Below, one piece after another: positions 32,200 to 45,348 of a DNA stretch of 64,000 nucleotides. Numbering within the stretch: the stretch's first letter is position 1; every line of letters starts with the position of its first letter. The stretch comes from the human T2T-CHM13v2.0 reference genome, Homo sapiens. The translations under genes and the position numbers were made by a program. Where the stretch lies: the NCBI RefSeq assembly GCF_009914755.1, contig NC_060945.1; one strand, given 5' to 3'. The notes under the pieces were generated by a model that saw nothing but the letters and a program-made list of their open reading frames with translations, did not search any database and was not told the origin of the DNA.

Positions 32200-33350
32200 A
32201 GACCAGCACAACCATAGTCACCTGACAGTTTAAAAATCCAAGGCCAGGATCTTCTCAACTCAGGCCCACTCACTTACTCCACAACATACTTCTTCTTTCC
32301 TCAGCATCTACTACTTGTGCTGGGACCTTGGTCTTCCCATTGTTCATGTCATTCTTTTCCTCACAGTTCCCATTCTTTTCTCCCTGAAATAAAGAAATTT
32401 CAAAATATACCATGTTTCATGAAAAAGACAAAAACATAAAATTACCTTCAGGAAGATGTATTTTGATATAAGTTTTCTTTATCCATAAGAAATTAATAGA
32501 TTTGCAATAAGCATTGATATTCTGGGAAATGAAACACCCTTGTTTTGCCCACCTGACAACTTTTTATTTCCAAAACCCAAGACCCATCCTCAACAATTTA
32601 CTTTACTTAACAACATATCTAGGGTTGCCAGATAAAATGCAGGTTTCCCAGCTACATTTGAATTTCAGCTAAGCAATAAATAATTTTTAGTATCTATCCT
32701 AAATATTGACCTTATATTTTTTAAAAAAGTGATTTATCTGAAATTCAAATGTAACTGTACATCATGTAGTTTTATTTGATAAATCTGACACCCCTACCCA
32801 CATCCAATTCATCATTAAACCCTCTAAATCCTACTTCCTCAATATTACCCAAGTCAGTCCATTTATTTCTATTTCTAGTACCCTTACTTTTGAAGAAGAC
32901 ACCACATTTATATCGATTGTTTTAATGATCTTTTAATTGGCTCCCAAACTCCAGTCAAAACAACCTTTACTCTCTGTTAAAGCTAAAACAATTTTTTCAA
33001 AACAAATCTGATTGTATCACACCCCTTCCATTGTTTCCATTAATTTAAGATCAAGTCTAAACTCCTAAACTCAGCTGTCATTGCTATATCCTATCTCTAA
33101 ACAATCACTGTTTTGCACTCTGCATACACTCCAGCCATTTTGAAAAATCTTTCAGGCTCCTGGAAAAGCTTAACTCCGCCCTTTGTTTCCAATATTTACA
33201 TATAAATTTTTTTCTATCTAAAGCATGCTTTCAGCCAATAACATAAATCTCACTACCCCTTTCTGCTGAACCTAAATCTTTTTGCCCTCAGATAGAAAGA
33301 TAATTTTCCCTTCTCCTGCTCTGCTCTGATTCAGCTCTCCATAACAAGGT
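32200..33350 (+). mobile_element. L2 fragments
   Basis: CCACATCCAATTCATCATTAAACCCTCT...CAAATCTGATTGTATCACACCCC...CACACTCCAGCCA. Confidence 0.45.
32620..32796. mobile_element. MER53 hAT MITE
   Basis: TAGGGTTGCCAGATAAAAT ... AAATCTGACACCCCTA terminal inverted repeats; internal TTTGAATTTCAG / CTGAAATTCAAA symmetry. Confidence 0.8.
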
Positions 33351-33461
33351 TGTAATCACCTCCTATTCACCCTTCTGGTGAAGGAAGGATTTCCACCCTC
33401 AGGTGATGGGGATGGTTGAACATCCAACACCTGAAACAGGACAGACGATATTGACAGTACT

Positions 33462-33853
33462 TGTTAGTTGCATATAATCACAGACCAGTGGAAACAGATG
33501 AACCACACAGGGCCACAGGGGGGTTTCACTGGGGAACAGAGTGAACAATCAGGAGGTGTGGGAGGCAGGTTTAGTAGTTTAAAGAGGTTGAGGTGTCCCC
33601 CTGGATCCCATGGGAGGATCACATTGGCTCATTTGAATTATCATACGGACTGGCAGGGAACTGAAATCTTCTACTCAGGGATAAGCAGAAACTGTCCCTG
33701 GTTTCCTTGATAAAAAGGGTTGTTTGATAGGGGACCTTATCCATGGGAGGAAAGTGAGGAGGGAAATTTGTGGCTAAGCCATTCAAGGCCCTCCCAGTTT
33801 TACTAGATGTCAAGGCAGCACACGTAATATTGGGACTTAATTTTAGCCACATA
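33462..33853 (-). mobile_element. ERVL-class LTR (MER76-like)
   Basis: CTCAGGGATAAGCAGAAACTG...GGGGACCTTATCC...AGATGTCAAGGCAGCAC..TAATATTGGG..TTAATTTTAG recalled from the MER76 consensus. Confidence 0.45.
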
Positions 33854-36106
33854 ACTAATAAATTTGTAAGTATGTGCAACGGCTCACGCTTGCTTCCAGA
33901 ATGGCACCTAAAAAACAGATTTACCTCTCCCCAAATTCAGATATGGAATTAAATGTAATGTCAGGAAAACTGTCTAAGAGTTGGAAATGGGAAAAAAATG
34001 TTCTTTTGGTGGAGTTATGGACTCCAGAGGTTATCGGATTCTATTGAATAACGTACTTTTGATTGTATTTGTAACAATTAGGCTATTTGTGAACTCGGTA
34101 GGGGTAGAAATCGAGTTGTAGAAAATGGATGGTAATGCAAGTGATTTTTGACCATATCAATGCAAATGAATTCTGTTGGTAGAAATATTCATTTCCACAC
34201 TGTAGATGACCCTAAACATATGTCATTACATTATATTTTATTGCCTTATAGACTATTAACCAATTTTGAATCATACAGTAGCAAATTTATTTCAGCATTC
34301 TTGTGTGTATGTGTTTATATATACACGTGCATATGTATTTAAGATATATAATTGTATATTCTTCAAATTCTTCTTTGAACAGGTTTGAACCTCTTATTAG
34401 TTTCCTCATTAAGGAATTTAATAAGACCTTTAATGCATGTTTGTATTTTCATGAGAGTCATTATTTTACCTTTCTGGAAGTTATACTTCAGCAACCATGC
34501 TTTAAATAAACCATGATTTAAAATAGCTGTCTTAGAAAAAGAAAATAAAAGTATACTTAAATGTAGATGTCTATTTTTTAATGTTTTTATTAATTTGTAA
34601 ATTTAAATAATATATATTTAAGAGAGCTAAGTAAACATATCATAATACAAATAGAATGGAATAAGAATGACCCATGTCAAGGCAGTGTGGCAATTTTTAC
34701 CTATTCAAAATTGTGCATATTTGTTAGTCCGATTTAACACCAAGAGCATTAGCCTGGATCCAATTCCTTGCTCAGCAATGTTGAAAAATATTACCCTTGG
34801 GGCATGCAAAGGGCCCCAGTTTTGCTTTCCTATATATTCAAAGTTTGACTGCTCACTCTGGTGACTGAACTTTCTGTGAAAAAGCTTAATTCCCAAGTTC
34901 TCCTCATCGTGTAAGCAGCTTACATCATGACTAAAAATTTCAAGCATCAATTTGACTGACAAAGCATAAAAGAAGAGAGGCAGTGAGTTTTCTGGTGCAA
35001 ACAGATGTCAGATCACAATTCTGAATCTCTAAGAGATCATTAAGAAATCTGACAGTAGGCAAAAAGTGAGATTTTCTTGTCAAAAGTGAACACCATCAAT
35101 TTCTGAATATAGTTGATAGGTGACTCGGCTTCTACCACTTTGTACACTTCTTACGTAACTGAGCTGGTGGGAAGCAGTGTCTGTAGGCAGCAGGTGGGCA
35201 AAGATCCTCTAAGAGAAGCAAGCCATTCTCCCCCTCCAGCACAAATGAAAGAAAGAACCTAGAAATGTACTCACTTCACAGTCTCTTGGCCTGTTCCCAT
35301 CATGACGGGGCCCAGAGAGTTGGGCAAGGGGCAGTTCTCTACAGAGCCCTGCAAGGTCACATGGTTTGGAAAAGGAATGCAGCCTGGGAGAAGGGCTAGC
35401 ACGGGCAGGGCAGAGCTCTCCAACAAGTGGCTCTCTGGATCCTGTTTAGCATCCCACCCCACTCCCCACCCATTTGAGCAAAACAATATTCCCTGGCTTC
35501 TGGTGCACCATCTCAGCCATTTTTACCAAGTTCAACTAGCTTGGCTAAAATGAGAAAAGTTTAATGCACTTAAAAAAAAAAAAGACGACGAAGAAGACAA
35601 AGCAACAGCTTTAGTATGCACAGTGAAAGTGCCTGCCCTGTTGCCTGCAAAATTAATGAAAAGAAAATATCACTGAAATTCACTACACACTCAGCCTCCT
35701 CCATGAAACTCCCTCCAACCCAATAGTCGACAATTATCCTCCCCAACCTGGATAGCTAAAACACTTATTGTCTCCCCTGCCCTTTCTGCTGTGTGCATAT
35801 CCTGTTCCTGTTGTGATTCACAGCTTTCTGTATAGGTGTTTCCCTTCCCAACTAGAAAGTAAAGTACTAAAAAATCCTGGGAAATCATGGGTTGTGCCTC
35901 TTATATCCCCAGTTCCTAGTATGGCCTTGATCAGGATCCATATTTAAGCAAATAAGGGTTTAATAATGATGAATTTACCCACACCCCCATTGCCAACGTG
36001 AATAATGGCCTTTGTTCTGGTACCCACGAATCTTATTTTTTTTAACTTTGGAAAAACAGTAAAGGTTCAGTATCTTGTCCCTTAATACCAAAAATGAAGG
36101 CCCTTT

Positions 36107-36968
36107 TGTCAAGCAGTTTCACTGTGCACTGGTTACTACCTTGTCTGAATCTGGTGAGACAGAACATACTTATTCATACACGAGTTATGTGGAGTGGATT
36201 CATTATCAGTTTGGTGCAAAAGTATGGCTTTTTTTTTTTTTTAAACAGCTAGGCAGCAAGGAACAAAAGAAGCCTAGGATTCATTGTTAGCAAGTCCCCT
36301 GAGACTCAAGAAAGGTACCCAGGGCAGAAGGAGTCTGGACTGAGCGTGGTACAATTGCACCACAGCTGAGGTACCCAGGGCAGAAGGAGTCTGGACTGAG
36401 CGTGGTACAATTGCACCACAGCTGAGGTACCCAGGGCAGAAGGAGTCTGGACTGAGCGTGGTACAATTGCACCACAGCTGAGGTACCCAGGGCAGAAGGA
36501 GTCTGGACTGAGCGTGGTACAATTGCACCACAGCTGAGGTACCCAGGGCAGAAGGAGTCTGGACTGAGCGTGGTACAATTGCACCACAGCTGAGGTACCC
36601 AGGGCAGAAGGAGTCTGGACTGAGCGTGGTACAATTGCACCACAGCTGAGGGAAACTTAACCGCAGCCCACCCTGGGTTACATACCTCAAGGGCAATGTC
36701 ACTCACTGCACTAAAGCTTTGAAGGAATATACTGCTTCCAGAGGAAAGAGGAACAAAGCCTGTTCTTCCTGAGCAATTTCTCCCTAACTCAAGATGTGAT
36801 ATTCCCTAGGAGAGACAGGGAAAAGGCCTAGATCGTTCCAGGCAGCTGCTTTCTATCTCAGGGTATTGTATTCCCATTCCCAGCACATTCTAGTTAGTCT
36901 TGAGAACTACAAGCAAGAAAGCGGTAAAAACTAGGTTGGTTTAAAGCCACCTAGAGAATTGCCCTGAA
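36107..36968 (-). mobile_element. MER70-like ERVL solo LTR containing the 56-bp VNTR
   Basis: Minus strand has CTTGTAGTTCTCAAGA..AGAATGTGCTGGGAATG near its 5' end and ends GTAACCAGTGCACAGTGAAACTGCTTGACA; flanks CCTTT/CTTTT resemble a 5-bp TSD. Confidence 0.7.
36314..36649. repeat. 56-bp VNTR, six identical copies
   Basis: GGTACCCAGGGCAGAAGGAGTCTGGACTGAGCGTGGTACAATTGCACCACAGCTGA starting at 36314, 36370, 36426, 36482, 36538 and 36594. Confidence 0.98.
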
Positions 36969-37874
36969 CTTTTGTTATCCAGCCAAATTAAAAAGGAAAA
37001 TTGAATCCAATGATCTTAGTAAATTCTGGAATGCAGTGTGAAGCTTGCAATGGCTGATACATTTTAAAAGGGGGGAAAATGTTTAAAATGCCCTAACACT
37101 TATGACTGACAATGTAGATATAATCTTTCACTATGTTCCTAAAGACTAGAGACAGTATTTACAAAATGCAAACTGTATTAGTCTAATTTTTATGCTTTTT
37201 CTTATTATATTATAACCAGCAGAGTGTGATCCAAATTAACTGAAAAGGAGCCACAAACACTGAAGTGGTTATTTCACCAGTTGGGATTAGTTTATTGCTG
37301 AGGGTAATGGAAACTGGAATAGCAAAGGACTGAGCTATTCAGTTTTCTGTTTGGGGACCACTCAGTTCACACAGTTTAAACTGAAGCTGACACTTTAAAT
37401 GAATTTATTAGTCTCGCTTTGTTCCAGGACCAGACGGTAGTCCAGCTCACACTCATAGACATCTCTGGTCTAAATAATTTAATCCAGAAGGGATATATTA
37501 ATATCATTTTTTTTCTCAGATGGTAAGCTTTCCAAGGCCAGTTCTTTGATTTGATGTCATGTTGTCACTTGGAATTGAAACTTCCACTTAAACCACCTGG
37601 GGGGAATCAAGTATGTTTTACCAGTAACATATTATTCTGAAAATTGTGTATCATGGCCTTCAGGGTGAGACTTTTATAAGACAGAGGAGTCACCCTCTAA
37701 AGTTCTGCAGAGGGTCTGCCAGGGCTCTCAGTCTTAGAGCTAAACATTTAAAGTGAGAAGGAAGCCCTCCCAGAGGACTAAGAAAATCAAATTAAGAGTA
37801 CATAGTAGAGAATACATTAGGAAAGATTGAGAGGAAATACTATAATCAGTAGCTTTCTTCATACAAAATAATTT

Positions 37875-38512
37875 ATTTCATTGACTCCAAGATACACAAT
37901 TATTGATATCTTATAAACAGTAGTAGCCAGGCTGTTGTCACAATGTCATTGCCATTGTCTACATATAAATAAATTTGGTGTTTTTCCCTGATGGTATAAA
38001 AAATCAGCCAGCAAACCACCTAAGGACTACTTGAGGAAGAAATATGAATCCTGGTTGTTATCTGAAAACCTTTTATACTAGTTGATAATATCAAGACAGT
38101 ACAACCATCAGGGTTTTACAGAATGGGTGTCATTGAAAGAGAATTTCAGAGACAATAGAGGAATATTCTAAAGAAATGTGGTACTATCAATGCTGTTGAT
38201 GACATAGTGATATTATTGGAAAAACAGTATCAATGAGACTGAGTCAAAAGCTATTTCTGAAGAGTTGCTATCTGAATGTGAAAGCATTTTTAAAATACTT
38301 TGAACAATTTATTTTATTTTTTACATAGCTAAAGAATTATATAAGATGAAAATACATTTCTAAATATGAAAGAGATATTTTAATGATTATAAAATAAAAA
38401 TTCTAGGTGAAAAGAAAGCATTACTACATGATTCAATTGGAAGTGTTTGTTAGTAGTACATAAAATAACGGAGTTTCTTCCAATAGATGGTGTCTTAATT
38501 TAATGACACACA
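37875..38512 (+). mobile_element. Kanga1/MER104-like TcMar-Tc2 DNA transposon, internally deleted
   Basis: TATTTCATTGACTCCAAGATAC start; transposase C-terminal remnant (KDYLRKKYESWLLSEN); end TAGTACATAAAATAACGG...GATGGTGTCTTAATTTAATGA. Confidence 0.6.
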
Positions 38513-39169
38513 ATGGCTGTAGATTATTGAGCAAAATGGCAAGACCCAAGCCAGAAACCCCTTCAAGAATTCTGTCCTCTCTTTATCCAAAGCATGCAGA
38601 CCCTGTGAAAAGTCCTCCCTGCCCTCTGGTCACCACTGAATGAGAAAGTCTGAGGTCATTAAGGGGATCACAGAAGAACATAGACCTTGAAATAGGGCTA
38701 CGTCATCAAAATGAACATCTGAATAAAATCATTTCCTGAACACGTCGTTTCAGGTTTTGCATAAATCATGGTGCTCAAGAGTGTCTCATCATTTTAATTC
38801 TATTAAATGATTTCAGAGAACACGTCTATCTTTGTACCATAATTGGAAGTCTTGTTAAGACAGGTGTGTTTAGCACCACAGCCATATTTTGCCCAAATTG
38901 TGCAGCATTGCATGGTTCTGTGAATGATTTCCCATTGTTATCATAAACAACTGCTATTTTATGCTCAAGAACAGAAAGCATAGCATCTACACCCATACAG
39001 CTCAGTAGTCACATTAACAGGACTTTACTCTTTCACTCTCTGTTAATATAACTTTACTATTTCAGGAGTATAAAAGTTTCTAATCACTTTATTTTTCATT
39101 CTAGGATCATCTTGAAAGGTCCTTCAAATTTTCAATAGAAAGAATCAAAAGAAAATGTACAGGAGTCTC

Positions 39170-39424
39170 TGAAAGCTACATGCCAAAATCCTCAGAGTGC
39201 ACACCAGTCCTAAACAAATATATCACAGCCCTTATCCAGTCCTAACCTGTACTGAAAAACTCACCTTAAAGTAGACTCCACAGTCTCAAAAATATTCCAA
39301 TTTTGCCCTTTCCAATCTAGGATACTATTAAAATTCTCTCAAGGGAGTTCTTTTCTTACCCTCGTAAGAATAAACTCAACTTTGACTTATCAACAGTTAA
39401 TTTTGGTGGAGCTGCCATTCAACA
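39170..39424 (+). mobile_element. ERV1 LTR 3' fragment (MER31/MER67-like)
   Basis: AATAAACTCAACTTTGACTTATCAACAG...TTTGGTGG...CATTCAACA LTR end. Confidence 0.4.
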
Positions 39425-40069
39425 CAAAGATTATTTTGTAAGAATTATCAATAAATTAGGGTGTCAGGAACTTGAATTTAAGTTGTAAAGATTTTATTTA
39501 CAAGAGCAAATCAGTAATAATGGAATCAGTACTTACTAGTACATTGAGGACAGTTATAGTTCTGCTCATAGCTTCTGAGTATAATTGAGGAAGATAAATA
39601 ATTAAATTAATTCATTATCTCTAAAGCCAGTTGAAGAATTTCTGTTTATAATAATATCTTAGATCAAAGTCTTTCTAAAATATATCTCAAAAATGTCAGG
39701 AAAGCAAAACCTTTTAATTTAGGAGAAAAGCATATAAGAAAGTAAGTGGGGTCACATCTCATTAAAGTGAAAACACCACTCCAGAAAGGAAAGTTCCCCA
39801 CACTCTCAGGATGTCAAAAGGGCCTGGTGGAATGGTGATCAGTGGGCCCAGGGGAGCAGGGTACTGTGGACTAAGCCTTGGACTTGGGCGGAGTAGGAAA
39901 GCAAATTGGAGACAACCCTATGTAAAGCTGGGGCTGATAGAGAGCTGCACTATAACGGAGAGGGTGAAATTGATGAAAAAGGGCACAACCGAGATAGGAA
40001 GCAAAGAAAATCATCTGTCTCTCCAAAACAAGAGAACTAAGTCATCTACCATGACACAAATGTCTACTA

Positions 40070-41060
<991 letters not shown>

Positions 41061-41485
41061 AACCATATTGAAAGGAAGGAAGAAATCATAAGGCACAGAT
41101 AGTTTAATCCTCCACCACAATAATATCCAGTAAGTAGATATTCCCTAAGATTCATGAATTATAAGATGGCAGGATGCACATATTATTTATAACACTAGTG
41201 ATACACAAATGCTAGGCGAAAGATAGATTTAAATGTTGCCCCTGGGAAAGATCTGGGAGCAAGAAAGTGGTGGGATAGAGAAATGGTGCATTTGCAATAA
41301 GCATCTTTGCGATGTTTGAATTTCTAAACCAGGATTATGCATTAAAAATTAACTTAAAAAAACTTAAATTAGTGGAGCTAAACATTATGCATATGTTTGT
41401 GAATAAAAAGGCTAAAATTTTCTATCACAGTTTTCAAAGAAAAAGTCTTATACTACCATAAAAAGATTGAAGAGGAATCCATATC

Positions 41486-42167
41486 TGTCTTTTCAGGCTG
41501 CTACCACAATATCTTAAACTGGTGTTAAAATAAAGCAAAATGAGAACAGCAAAATAACTTAGGTTATTTCTTGCAAATACCTCTGATAATCATAAATAAA
41601 GCTTCAGCTGTCTTCCAAAAATAGTATAAGATGATTGCTTGCTACCAATCCTCTGCCATCTCGAAACCCCCATGGTAACAACGAATCACTGCAAATGCTA
41701 AACAACTACCTCATTTGCATTTTTATAAGCCATCCTATAACGACATGCCTCTGAGTTTCCTCTTATCACTTTCATCTAAGGATTCCTGGTTTGCAAACTG
41801 TTCTTTTGTATCCACAATAAACTTTTAAAACTTTCAATTGTATCTGATTTTATTTTTGACACTGAGTAGAGTATAAATAACAGAAATTTCTTGTTTACAG
41901 TTCTTAACACTGGACAGTCCAAGACACAGACTCTGGTAGAGTCCATGCCTGGTGAGAGCCCACTTTCTGGTTCATAGCATTGTGTCTTCTCACAGGGGGG
42001 TAGTGAATGAACTCCCTTGGGCCTCTTTTATAAGGGCATTAACCCCACCCATGAGGGCTCTGCCCTTATGACCTAATCACCTCCCAAAAGGTTCTACTTT
42101 CTAATACCTTGGGATTAGGATTTCAACGTATGAAACGTGAGAGGGTGCAAACATTCAGACCATAGCA
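41486..42167 (-). mobile_element. MLT1A/MSTD-like MaLR LTR interrupted by another LTR
   Basis: CAGGCTGCTACCACAA ... GACCTAATCACCTCCCAAAAGG ... AAACATTCAGACCATAGCA. Confidence 0.78.
41523..41861 (+). mobile_element. ERV1-type solo LTR (family uncertain)
   Basis: TGTTAAAATAA ... AATAAAC ... TTATTTTTGACA with TG/CA ends and short inverted termini; near-TSD CTGG/CTGA (4 bp). Confidence 0.65.
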
Positions 42168-43855
42168 GCATCTGTATATTTTGTGTAAAAATAAAATATT
42201 TATGATTACAAAAAACTAAATTCAAGAAAACCCAGTAAGAGACAGTTTAGCCATAAAAGATAAATTAGCAATCTAAAAATTGCAAGCTATCCTATTTTAT
42301 AGTAACACATGGGAAATGGAGTAGGCATATCAGACAAGGAAATAAACAAAAAAAAAAAAACACTTCAAACCCAGGCTCTATGATCCCACAATGCTTGCTC
42401 TAAACTACTCATGCCAATTTTTACCAAGCTTGATGTTTCCCTTGGAAGATTCAGTCACCTAACCTGGGTTGTGGGTTGTATTAAATTGATTTTTTATTAT
42501 CTTACTCTAATCCTTATAATAGTTGTGATATATTTATATGGTAAATTATAAATATAATAGCTTAATTGGTTGGTTTTTAAACAAATAGATTAGTTCATTG
42601 ATCTACTCACTCCTGGTGATACAGAAAGTATGTGAAATTACTGTTACAAATTTCTAAGACACTCAGTAGTAGGCAACCTAAAAAACTAATTTACTACATG
42701 GGTAAGCCACCTTTTCCTTCTGGCATAGGTTATTTGTTCTTCCTTTCCACAAGTTTCCAATTGTGGTTACTAATGGGTGTGTTCAGCCCCATTTCTTAAT
42801 AATTTACTGTTATCCCGCTAAATGACATTTTCAACTATCTACAAATGCCAGTGGAGTTGGATTTTTTTAATTTAAAAAATTGATCTACAGTCTGTCATCT
42901 CTTCACTTACTATATAATGAAGATTCCAGAAATTCAAAATGCAAACTGAATGTTCAGAAACTCTTCTAAGCCCAAATAGATAAATAAATGATCAAGTTTT
43001 ATTGACCATCATAGTCCCCTAGAGGTGACTCATTTGTTTGCAGAGATTAAAATAGCATACTTTGGTATTCTCCACATGCAGATATATGCAGAGAGCATTT
43101 TGGTCAAAAGACAAGGAAAAGTATGATGTTGCAAGACAACTTGTATGCCAACCCCAGCTGCAGTTGGCAGAAAGATCAGGACTATTAAATGCAGGGGTGT
43201 TCTCTCTTCCTCCCCAGTGAGTGTCTGAAACTAATATAAGCTCTTGAATAGCTAAACATTCATAGATTTCAAAAGACAACTTCTTAGATCTTTTAAAGGT
43301 AGACATAAATTATGTGGCAAATAAAATTCACACATTGTAAAAAGAGACTCTCCACATTCTTGAAGTAATATTTAGGCAAAGTGAAAAAAAAGTGTTGTAA
43401 GAAAGCTGATTTGGGGCACCAAAAAGGCCTATCAAGCTTCTTGCTCTACCCATTACTTCATTTAGTGGAAACTGTCACCCTCACACTACAGGCTCTGCCC
43501 CAGGAGCAACTTTAGGCAGTTCCTTACATATTGATGGTTTATTCCATAACAGCTACACATCTTTTCTGTGACCCAATCCACCTGATTGATCCAGGACAGC
43601 TAAGGGCTGAAAATTTCAAAGTTTGTCATCCCACTCAGTCGGTGACCAGGATTTAACAGAAGTCCTGCCCAATCAGAGATGACGATAAGCAATTTACCCG
43701 ATCAGATTGTTGGGGTGGAGAATTCAAACCAGAAACAAAAGAAGAAAGTCAGTCGATTGATGAAAGGTACAAAAGTTGAAAAACATACAAAGAAAGAGCA
43801 ACATAGATGTAATAATGCAATAGAAGCCATGGGTGAGACAGAAGAAAAGAGCTAA

Positions 43856-44169
<314 letters not shown>

Positions 44170-45348
44170 GAGTTATTGAGCCATACAAAATCATCTCAAA
44201 TTACTATCCCTAAGTGAAAAAACACCAGTCTGAAAAGATTACATACTATATAATTTCATTTATGTAAACTTATAAAAAAGGCAAAACATTATAGTTGATA
44301 AACAGATCAGTGGTTATCAGGCTGTTGAGGAGAGAGGAGGGTTTAATTGGCAAAGTACAGGCAATTTTTTAGGGAAGTGAAACTATTTTGTATTATTCTG
44401 TATTGAGGTATACATGACAATATGTATTTATCAAAACTCATAGAACTGTATAGCACAGAATGGATTTCAACATATGCAGTTTTTTAAAAAAACCATCTAG
44501 GAGATCAAGGGATTCCAAGATGTTACAAAATCATATAACTATATTATAAATATATAAAACAACCTCGCTGAGGGGGTTGGGGGAGAAAGGTATTACACAA
44601 AGTAACTTTGGAAATGAGTGGAGACTGTAAGACAGGCAAAGGAACTTCACATGGGCAATGTACTCTATTGATAAACTCGTTTGCTATGGGCATAGGGGTT
44701 AACAATTCTGAAAGCATTATGCATGTAGGCTGAAATTAAATAATTAAGTAAAGGACAGTGGACAGTGGGAGCCAAGTTTCTCAGTTTTGGCCCAGGAGGT
44801 TACAGACAAACAAAAGAGGAAAACTAGAATGATCCATGTGGTATACTAGATTTGAGTTGGAAAAATCAATATGAACCCATGCTTTGCTTTGATATAAAAA
44901 TGGATACATATAGAAATATTTTTAGATATGTATGTATAGGTTGATCATTACTAATTCAAAAATTCAAAATCCAGAATGTTCCAAAATCTAAAAATTTTGG
45001 AGAACATGATGTCACAAGTGAAAAAATTTCACACCTGACCTCATGAGATGGATTGCAGTCAAAACTCAGGTGCATAACACACAGTTTTCTTTTATTCAGC
45101 ATCCTCAAAGGAAGAAGACTCTCCCAGCTTCCTTCAGCTGCGATATATCTTTCCCACACATTTCCAGATTTCCCCATGCAAACACGCCCACAAAAGGTAA
45201 TAAAATGGCATGTATGGAGGCTGGACGTGCCAATAACAGGTTCCCCATGATGCCCCACATGGAGCTAAGACTAATCTGTGTTACTCTCTGTTTTTGGCTT
45301 TTTGTTTTTTGCTTATTCTTTGCTCTTTGGCATAAAGATATTGTTGAA

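Noticed and set aside
36314-36649. CRISPR-like appearance (regular repeats with an internal palindrome)
   Set aside because: Units are head-to-tail with no unique spacers, no cas genes, and the context is primate DNA; it is a VNTR
36274-36706. 139-142-aa repetitive ORFs on the minus strand
   Set aside because: They arise because the 56-nt unit lacks stops on that strand; peptides just cycle through three frames and resemble no protein I recognise
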